Part shown: positions 26,278 to 32,000 of the stretch, piece by piece
Position numbering within the stretch: the first letter of the stretch is position 1
How the letters are laid out: every line of letters starts with the position of its first letter
Assembly (NCBI GenBank): GCA_015257795.3
Contig: CP072208.2
Span: 631,356-663,355 of the forward strand
Origin: Candidatus Nanogingivalaceae bacterium
Lineage (GTDB): Bacteria; Patescibacteriota; Saccharimonadia; Saccharimonadales; Saccharimonadaceae
Length of the DNA stretch: 32,000 nucleotides
Direction of reading: 5' to 3'
Made by a program: the position numbers and the translations under genes
Notes under the pieces: model-generated
Database searches by the model: none
Told to the model about the DNA's origin: nothing
The model's input: only the letters and a program-made list of their open reading frames with translations

Positions 26278-27283
26278 CTTTGAATTCCTTTCCTAAATGC
26301 TCAAACGCTTTTTTCGTAATTATTCTTCCTCGTGGTGTTCTTTGCAAAAAACCAATCTGCATTAAATATGGTTCATAAAAATCTTCAATTGTCGCAGCTT
26401 CATCACCCGTCAATGCAGCCATTGTATTTAAGCCAACTGGCCGAGTGCCATAATTTTCAATAACCGATTTTAATAGATTTCTATCTGCTGCATCCAACCC
26501 TAATTCGTCAATTTCAAGCATTTCTAAGGCCTCTTTAACCGTTTTCGAGTCAATAATTCCATCACCTTTTACATCTGCATAGTCTCGAACGCGCTTCAAG
26601 ATGCGGTTCGCAATTCGTGGTGTTAATCTTGCTCGAGTTGAGAGAATATCTGAAGCTTCTTTTTCAATATCACTACCTAATAAATTACTTGAGCGTAAGA
26701 TAATTTTTGAAATTTCCTTAGGTTTATAAAATTCTAACCTATAGATATGTCCGAACCGGTCTCGGAGTGGAGCCGCCAGACTTCCAGTTCGAGTTGTGGC
26801 GCCAATAACTGTAAAATGCGGCAAATCCAGCCGAACCGAGCGTGCGGCCGGCCCTTTACCAATCACAATATCAAGTTTAAAATCTTCCATTGCAGAATAG
26901 AGAATCTCTTCAACAGCACGCGGCATGCGATGAATTTCATCAATAAAAAGAATATCGCCATCTTGTAAATTCGTCACAATCGAAGCTAAATCTCCCGCTT
27001 TTTCGATTGCCGGACCAGATGTAATTCGAATATTCGCGCCCATTTCACGCGCAATAACATTTGCCATTGTAGTTTTTCCTAGTCCTGGCGGACCATAAAG
27101 TAAGACGTGATCAATACTTTCACCACGTTTTTTTGCCGCGTCAATCGCAAGCTTTAAATTCTTTTTCAATCGCTCCTGACCGATATATTCATCAAAATTC
27201 GTTGGACGCAAAGAAATCTCCACCTGCTGCTCTTGCGGTTCGTCATCGTGTAAGTTTGCATCAATAATTCTTTCAATAGCCAT
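26267..27283 (-). CDS. ruvB: Holliday junction branch-migration ATPase RuvB
   Basis: [11 protein letters not shown], Walker [10 protein letters not shown], Walker B LFIDEIHR and the sensor TTR.G.L..PLRDRFG are present. Confidence 0.97.
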   Translation of the reverse strand: MAIERIIDANLHDDEPQEQQVEISLRPTNFDEYIGQERLKKNLKLAIDAAKKRGESIDHVLLYGPPGLGKTTMANVIAREMGANIRITSGPAIEKAGDLASIVTNLQDGDILFIDEIHRMPRAVEEILYSAMEDFKLDIVIGKGPAARSVRLDLPHFTVIGATTRTGSLAAPLRDRFGHIYRLEFYKPKEISKIILRSSNLLGSDIEKEASDILSTRARLTPRIANRILKRVRDYADVKGDGIIDSKTVKEALEMLEIDELGLDAADRNLLKSVIENYGTRPVGLNTMAALTGDEAATIEDFYEPYLMQIGFLQRTPRGRIITKKAFEHLGKEFKDER

Positions 27284-27290
27284 TGCTTAT

Positions 27291-27299
27291 ATTATACCA
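27291..27299 (-). promoter_or_regulatory. Extended -10 promoter (TGgTATAAT) 7 nt upstream of the ruvB ATG
   Basis: The minus strand reads gTGgTATAATataagcaATG. There is no SD. Confidence 0.5.
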
Positions 27300-27303
27300 C
27301 GAC

Positions 27304-27332
27304 TTGACAAAAATAGAAAAATTTGTTATAAT
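27304..27332 (+). promoter_or_regulatory. Full-consensus sigma-70 promoter: TTGACA, 17-nt spacer, TGtTATAAT
   Basis: TTGACA at 27304..27309, a 17-nt spacer ending in TGt, and TATAAT at 27327..27332. Confidence 0.7.
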
Positions 27333-27335
27333 TCT

Positions 27336-27363
27336 ATTCAGTATTCCTTTTTGGAATAAGAAT
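27336..27363 (+). promoter_or_regulatory. 5' UTR inverted repeat at the predicted transcript start (stabilising stem-loop or operator)
   Basis: attc-ag-tattcc ttttt ggaata-a-gaat gives 10 bp with one bulge. It is followed by the strong SD AGGAGG and the ATG at 27387. Confidence 0.45.
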
Positions 27364-27386
27364 TTTATACTTAGGAGGCTCTTAAT

Positions 27387-27806
27387 ATGGGCAACTTACA
27401 TTTAATCAAAGGTGACGTTGACATTTTCAAGAATGCTGTAAAAGCAGCACGTGGTGATGAAGAAATGGCAAAAGAAAACTTAACTAAAGATATTTTCAAA
27501 TATGCCAGGGCTATCTCTAGACACGTGTTTAATAAAAAAACACATAGAAGCTACCTCTATCACATAGATAATCTGGATGTCACTAACGGTTTTGGGGATG
27601 AGCCTGTTGCGGTTCTTGTAGAAACCAAAGACTGTTTTGCTATAAATAAAAATGGTGACATTTATAGCAAAACTAGCAGTAATAAATACGGTTTCAAGAA
27701 GGTAAATGAAGCAGATCTTCTCAGCTTAGCTGGAGAACAAATCGGATTCTTATATAAAGCGCTTCATAATCTCCTACGAGAAGTTGTAACCTTCCGTAAA
27801 AATTAA
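27387..27806 (+). CDS. Orphan hypothetical protein (139 aa, soluble, no recognisable family)
   Basis: It has its own consensus promoter, a strong SD and a terminator. It uses AGA/AGG Arg codons and contains no TTCGAA, unlike its neighbours. Confidence 0.6.
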   Translation: MGNLHLIKGDVDIFKNAVKAARGDEEMAKENLTKDIFKYARAISRHVFNKKTHRSYLYHIDNLDVTNGFGDEPVAVLVETKDCFAINKNGDIYSKTSSNKYGFKKVNEADLLSLAGEQIGFLYKALHNLLREVVTFRKN

Positions 27807-27810
27807 AATA

Positions 27811-27840
27811 GTCGCACGAAATGTGCGGCTTTTTTCTTTT
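27811..27840 (+). terminator. Intrinsic terminator of the orphan gene
   Basis: Stem gtcgcac / gtgcggc (with one G-U pair, loop gaaat), followed by ttttttctttt. Confidence 0.7.
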
Positions 27841-27844
27841 TAAA

Positions 27845-28420
27845 TTAAATTCCAGCTTTCAATGCCAAAGTAATGCGTTCTTCTGTTGGTAAATCACGCG
27901 GGATTTGCTCTAATGCTTTTGTTGCATCGTTCAAGTTAAATCCAAGCGCAATAAGCGCCTCTAAAGCCTCATCTGAAGCCAAGCTAATATTATCGCCAAC
28001 TCCATCGGGTTTCGAAATCGCCATTCCAACTTTATCTTTTAAATCTAAAATTACGCGCTCGGCCGATTTTTTACCAACGCCAGCAGCTTTTTGAATAAAT
28101 TTCGCATCTTCACAGGCAATTGCGTTTCGAACTTCTTCGGTTTCACCCAAGCTCATAATGGCAATTCCAGCTCTTGGCCCAACACCTTGAACAGTAATCA
28201 ACAATTCAAAAAGTTTTTTAGCCGCCAAACTTGAAAAGCCAAATAATTCCTGGCTTCTATCAGTAATATTATGATAAGTATAAAATTTAATCTGCTCGTT
28301 TAAAACCGCCCGTTCGAATTCTCCTACGGGAACAATAACTTCATAGCCAACACCAGAAACATCAACAATCACGCTCCCTGCAAATTTTTCAGCAATTTTT
28401 CCAGAAATATGTGCAATCAT
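27845..28420 (-). CDS. ruvA: Holliday junction DNA helicase subunit RuvA
   Basis: MIAHISGKI.........VDVSGVGYEV is present, along with HhH motifs (LITVQGVGPRAG, KAAGVGKKSAERV). Confidence 0.93.
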   Translation of the reverse strand: MIAHISGKIAEKFAGSVIVDVSGVGYEVIVPVGEFERAVLNEQIKFYTYHNITDRSQELFGFSSLAAKKLFELLITVQGVGPRAGIAIMSLGETEEVRNAIACEDAKFIQKAAGVGKKSAERVILDLKDKVGMAISKPDGVGDNISLASDEALEALIALGFNLNDATKALEQIPRDLPTEERITLALKAGI

Positions 28421-28450
28421 TGTTTAATTTTACCATAATTATTTTAGTTT

Positions 28451-28936
28451 TTAAATACGCGTCATATAAAAATGCGTAATTGCGGCAGCAAGCGCATCGG
28501 CTGCGTCATCCGGCTTTGGCACTTCTACTAGATTCAAAGTTGAACGCACCATTTCTTGCATTTGTTTTTTGTTTGCACCGCCATACCCAGTTAAAGTTTG
28601 CTTAATTTGATTTGGCGTATATTCAGCGATTGGAATTTTCGATTGTTGAGCTACTAAAATCGCCACACCTCGAGCCTGTGCGACCGAAATTGCCGTCGTT
28701 ACGTTTTTCGAAAAGAATAGTTTCTCAATTGAAACCTCATCTGGCTTAGTTTCTTCAATAATCTCTTTTAAGCCGTTATAGATCTCCTCTAGTCGAATTT
28801 CAATTGGCGTGTGTGCAGGAGTTGAAATAACCCCTCCTGTAATCATTTTTAACGGTTTTCCAATCTGGCAATCTACAACGCCAAACCCTAAAATTCCTGT
28901 TCCTGGGTCGATACCTAAAATTCGCCGTTTTTTCAT
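28451..28936 (-). CDS. ruvC: Holliday junction resolvase RuvC
   Basis: ILGIDPGTGILGFGVV is present, with the catalytic acidic residues in the pattern ...IE.LFF.KN......V.QARG and DAADALA. Confidence 0.93.
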   Translation of the reverse strand: MKKRRILGIDPGTGILGFGVVDCQIGKPLKMITGGVISTPAHTPIEIRLEEIYNGLKEIIEETKPDEVSIEKLFFSKNVTTAISVAQARGVAILVAQQSKIPIAEYTPNQIKQTLTGYGGANKKQMQEMVRSTLNLVEVPKPDDAADALAAAITHFYMTRI

Positions 28937-30444
28937 TTTTTACCTTTCATTAATTTTGCAAAAATATCTCTTCTAAACTCGAAAAATAAAATTGCTAAAA
29001 ATATCAAAATAATTACAGCAATAGCCCACCAACCCGTAAATTCAGCCTGTTTCGATTCTTTTTCATCTTTTTCGACTTCATTATTTGCGCCGTTGTTTTT
29101 AACTATTTTTCTACAACGATTTGTTTCAGTGTTGCGCTCGTAGCCATCTTTGCACGGCGTTATTTCTTTTTTCGCATCTGAACTATTTTTTCGACATCGA
29201 TTTGTGATAGGATTACGCGTATAGCCCGGCGCACAAACCGCCAGCTCTTTCGAAGAACTTGCCAGTGTTGCAATTTTGCGGCAACGATTTGTTTCTGGAC
29301 TTCGAACATAACCATCGCGACACTCTGTTGTCGCTACTTTTTCGACTGGCATTTTATTACAACGATTCGTTTGCGGATTCAAAAAATACCCATCACTGCA
29401 CTTTTTCTCAGTTTTTTCATCATTTTCAATCTTTTCGGTTTTTTCTTTTTCGAGTTTTTCTTCTTTTATTTTATTACATCTTCCAGTTTCTTCATTTAAA
29501 AAATATCCGTCTTCGCAAACTTTTATTTTTTCGCACTGCCCTTGCGAATTTAAATTGAATCCATTTTCGCAAGGCTGAAAAATATTTTCACTTTTTTTTG
29601 TAATTTTAAAACTTTGACTCCATTCTTTTCCATCAAAGATCCAGCTCAAATCCTTTTTCGAATTTTTTAAATCAACAGTTTGAATTTCTTGATTGTTCGA
29701 ATCTAATAACGAAATTTTATTTAAGCCCATCTTTAAAAGCTTGAAATTTAGATCCGTATTTAAATCAAGCGAGAAAAAACTATTTGGTAAAATTTCTTCA
29801 TCCGTAAAAACTTTTTTATACGGCTTTTTTAAACTTCCAAGATGAATTTCAACTGCGCAATTTTTAAGATTTATTTTTTTATTTGTATTATTTTTAAATT
29901 CAATAAATTGCTCGCTTGAATTTGCTAAAACCTCGTTTAATTGTATATTTTCGCAAAAATCAGGCTCTTTTTCCGCCAGGCCGCCAGTTTTAAAAACTAC
30001 ACCCTCTTTCGAAATCTCAAAATCACCGCCCAAGTTCAAATCTCGAACTAAAACATCTTCTTCTGTAAATTCTGGCGCATTTTTATTTTTGCAAGTCATT
30101 TTTAGACCACATAAAAAGTCTACATCCTGCCCGTCAATCCTTAATTTTATTTGGCTTTTCAACAATTCCGGATTTAAAATAAGTTCCCCATCACCATTTT
30201 CGCCAAATGAAATTTGTGATTTTTTAAGAAAAACTCCGTTTGAAATTTCGCCAATTATTTTATTTTTCTGAATTATCTCAATTTTCGAAAAACTCAAATT
30301 ATCACCCAAATTTGTGATCTCAATCATTGTATTTGAAACTTTCGAAATTAAAATTTTCTGATCAGAAATAGCCGAAGCTTGATTAAAATTTCCCAAAAAG
30401 AATAAAGCTAAAATTAAAAATAAAAAATATCTAAAAAACCTCAT
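28933..30444 (-). CDS. Surface protein: signal peptide, two lamin-tail-domain (LTD)-like regions, six C-x12-C mini-repeats, and a C-terminal TM anchor
   Basis: Signal peptide LFFLGNFNQASA. LTD-like start NEVLANSSEQFIEFKNNTNKKINLKNC. The repeats fit CxDGYxxNxxTNRCxK. TM anchor WWAIAVIILIFLAILFF, followed by RRD. Confidence 0.65.
   Translation of the reverse strand: MRFFRYFLFLILALFFLGNFNQASAISDQKILISKVSNTMIEITNLGDNLSFSKIEIIQKNKIIGEISNGVFLKKSQISFGENGDGELILNPELLKSQIKLRIDGQDVDFLCGLKMTCKNKNAPEFTEEDVLVRDLNLGGDFEISKEGVVFKTGGLAEKEPDFCENIQLNEVLANSSEQFIEFKNNTNKKINLKNCAVEIHLGSLKKPYKKVFTDEEILPNSFFSLDLNTDLNFKLLKMGLNKISLLDSNNQEIQTVDLKNSKKDLSWIFDGKEWSQSFKITKKSENIFQPCENGFNLNSQGQCEKIKVCEDGYFLNEETGRCNKIKEEKLEKEKTEKIENDEKTEKKCSDGYFLNPQTNRCNKMPVEKVATTECRDGYVRSPETNRCRKIATLASSSKELAVCAPGYTRNPITNRCRKNSSDAKKEITPCKDGYERNTETNRCRKIVKNNGANNEVEKDEKESKQAEFTGWWAIAVIILIFLAILFFEFRRDIFAKLMKGKK
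29107..29571 (-). repeat. Array of six Cys-bracketed mini-repeats (protein level)
   Basis: The six units are CENGFNLNSQGQC, CEDGYFLNEETGRC, CSDGYFLNPQTNRC, CRDGYVRSPETNRC, CAPGYTRNPITNRC and CKDGYERNTETNRC. They are separated by charged linkers (aa 292 to 446). Confidence 0.85.
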
Positions 30445-31498
30445 TCAAAACCCCTCTCTTAAATACAATTAACATTTCAAACGCGGATAAAAGTAAAATC
30501 TGTAAAGTGAAATTAGCATTTTTTTGATTAAATCCAGTATTCGGAGCTAAAATTTTAGTCTTATTCTTAGATTGAGTTATTGTTTTATTATTTTTTTCTT
30601 CAAAATTAATCTTTGGCTTAAAAAAATCATCTTTTACAGAAGGTTTTTTATTTTTTTCAGTTAAAATACCCACATTCTGCTTTTTATCATCAATTTTATT
30701 TTCATCTATAAGATTTAAGTTGTTATTTCCACTAATATTATCAATTTCTGGTTTAGCTAAATTCTCATCTTTTTCATTTTTCATAGTTAACTCTTCTGAT
30801 TCTCCTAAGGCGTTATTAGTATTTTCAGGTTTGTCACTTTCATCTGTATTTTTAAGAGTTTCGATTGGCTTTTCGGCACTATTTTCAGAATTACTATCTA
30901 ATTCTATTTTTTTATTATTAAATACCAAACCGCCAGTTTTTGGTAAGTAATCATTAAAATTACGCAAACTAAAATCATAGCCTTTTTTTATTTCTGAAGG
31001 CTTCATTGTTTCGCCATTTTTGAGAATCTCCTCTTTCGAAACTGCCATTTTTTCTACTCCACCCGCTGGTTTTAAGTCTGTTGAATTCTTTTTATATCCA
31101 GCAATACATCTCTTTTCATCTGAACAGACGTAATCTTTCAATTCACCATCAATATATAGCCCCAAAATTGGCTGTTGACTAATTGTATCTACATTCTGAA
31201 ATTCATCTTTAAAATTTGAATCTGCGCCTGTCGCATTTTGTGAAAAAGTAATATAACTCTGAGATTTAAAAATACCGTCTTTAAGATTTGCAATTTCAAT
31301 CTGCTTTTGAGTGTTTCTGATAGAAATTTCTTGAAATTTATAATCTTCGCCGCTATTAAAAATCTCCACGAATTCTCTTCCATTCGTGGCATAAACTCGT
31401 GAAATATAAATATTTTTCTGACTAGCAAAAGTGTTTTTCGAAAGGAAAAGTGCGAGAAAAATCGGTAAAAATCCAACGATTATTAAAAATCTACGCAT
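30431..31498 (-). CDS. Surface protein: signal peptide, LTD-like N-terminal region, Asn/Lys/Glu-rich spacer, and a sortase-type C-terminal sorting signal
   Basis: Signal peptide ALFLSKNTFAS. YISRVYATNGREFVEIFNSGED resembles the start of an LTD. The C-terminus has LAPNTG, a hydrophobic stretch (FTLQILLLSAFEMLIVF) and KRG. The N-terminal 130 aa are paralogous to the downstream gene. Confidence 0.6.
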   Translation of the reverse strand: MRRFLIIVGFLPIFLALFLSKNTFASQKNIYISRVYATNGREFVEIFNSGEDYKFQEISIRNTQKQIEIANLKDGIFKSQSYITFSQNATGADSNFKDEFQNVDTISQQPILGLYIDGELKDYVCSDEKRCIAGYKKNSTDLKPAGGVEKMAVSKEEILKNGETMKPSEIKKGYDFSLRNFNDYLPKTGGLVFNNKKIELDSNSENSAEKPIETLKNTDESDKPENTNNALGESEELTMKNEKDENLAKPEIDNISGNNNLNLIDENKIDDKKQNVGILTEKNKKPSVKDDFFKPKINFEEKNNKTITQSKNKTKILAPNTGFNQKNANFTLQILLLSAFEMLIVFKRGVLNEVF

Positions 31499-31525
31499 TC
31501 TCCTCCTTTTAAAATCATTAAAAAT

Positions 31526-31534
31526 ATTTTAGCA
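31526..31534 (-). promoter_or_regulatory. Extended -10 promoter (TGcTAAAAT) for the LTD gene pair
   Basis: The minus strand reads taTGcTAAAAT, followed by a 27-nt leader containing AGGAGGA before the ATG at 31498. Confidence 0.45.
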
Positions 31535-31562
31535 TAACCGAGATTTTTTTTCAAACCAAAAT

Positions 31563-31589
31563 AAAATCACCCGCCTTTGGAGTGATTTT
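31563..31589 (-). terminator. Weak hairpin after rpmH
   Basis: aaaatcac / gtgatttt forms an 8-bp, mostly A-T stem with an 11-nt loop. On the minus strand it is followed by attttggttt. Confidence 0.3.
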
Positions 31590-31593
31590 ATAA

Positions 31594-31731
31594 TTAGACT
31601 GCGAGTCGTTTTCGGCCTTTTAGTCGGCGTCGTTTCAAAACTTTAATTCCAGCCTTTGAAGACATCTTATTTCGAAAACCATGAGTTCTCGCACGATGTC
31701 GTTTGTGTGGTTGATGTGTTCTTTTTGGCAT
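31594..31731 (-). CDS. rpmH: 50S ribosomal protein L34
   Basis: Not in the ORF track because it is shorter than 60 aa. My translation is [45 protein letters not shown] (45 aa), a typical L34. Confidence 0.93.
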   Translation of the reverse strand: MPKRTHQPHKRHRARTHGFRNKMSSKAGIKVLKRRRLKGRKRLAV

Positions 31732-31848
31732 ATCTATCCTATTTTACAATTTAATATTCAAAAAATCAAGTTTAATACTTTTCATAAGCGTTTTAATCTT
31801 TTATTTAAACTTGAATTTTCGTTAAATTCATTTTATAGTATACCATAG

Positions 31849-31913
31849 TTTTCCACAAAAGACAAGGACTTTTCCACAATTATTACAGTAGTAATGTAAA
31901 ACTGTGGAAAAGT
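31849..31913. promoter_or_regulatory. DnaA-box cluster (oriC and/or dnaA promoter region)
   Basis: TTTTCCACA at 31849..31857 and 31870..31878, and the inverted copy TGTGGAAAA at 31903..31911. Each is a one-mismatch variant of TTATCCACA. Boxes 2 and 3 form a perfect 11-bp inverted repeat (ACTTTTCCACA / TGTGGAAAAGT). The region is AT-rich and next to rpmH. Confidence 0.65.
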
Positions 31914-32000
31914 TTTAATTCTTTTCAAAAATTATACCATATTTTTATTTCTTTGGTTTTTTGGGTTGTTGAAAACTCGAAAATATTATAGAATAGAAAT

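Noticed and set aside
30932-30946. Internal LPKTG in the upstream LTD protein (DYLPKTGGL), which looks like a sortase motif
   Set aside because: It lies mid-protein and is not followed by a hydrophobic or charged tail. The paralog has FKTGGL at the equivalent position, so it is more likely a conserved structural turn. The real sorting signal candidate is LAPNTG at 30533..30550.
1-32000. CRISPR arrays, tRNA or rRNA genes, and alternative genetic code (UGA recoding)
   Set aside because: I saw no spaced direct-repeat arrays and no intergenic gap with tRNA-like T-arm sequence or sufficient length. Long uninterrupted ORFs under the standard code argue against UGA reassignment. The single broken gene (lepA) stops at TAA, not TGA.

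Overview
This is a low-GC (about one third G+C by eye), tightly packed, origin-proximal bacterial segment. Most genes lie on the minus strand, reading away from a DnaA-box cluster at the right edge.

Gene content:
- A surface-glycan locus: GT2, Wzm/Wzt-type ABC exporter, a triple ricin-lectin protein, and GtrB/GtrA-like genes.
- A polar amino-acid ABC importer.
- jag-yidC-rnpA, lepA (split in two), murJ, ftsH and tilS.
- A PilB-like protein with all catalytic motifs degenerate, followed by a possible PRC-barrel protein.
- recX-recA, a type IV pilin, and a bPH membrane protein.
- ruvC-ruvA and ruvB, separated by an antisense orphan gene.
- Two tandem lamin-tail-domain surface proteins, and rpmH (which is missing from the ORF track).

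Gene content and style suggest a reduced-genome, Gram-positive-like organism, possibly Patescibacteria/Saccharibacteria. That lineage assignment is inference only.

Main points of interest:
- A compositionally foreign Streptococcus-type cupA-copA copper cassette that lacks its repressor.
- A 13-nt poly-G tract in a promoter spacer.
- The palindrome TTCGAA, strongly over-represented in native DNA but absent from the foreign segments.
- A recurrent leaderless-type promoter architecture.
- The orphan cassette between ruvA and ruvB.

I found no CRISPR array, tRNA, rRNA, transposase or integrase.
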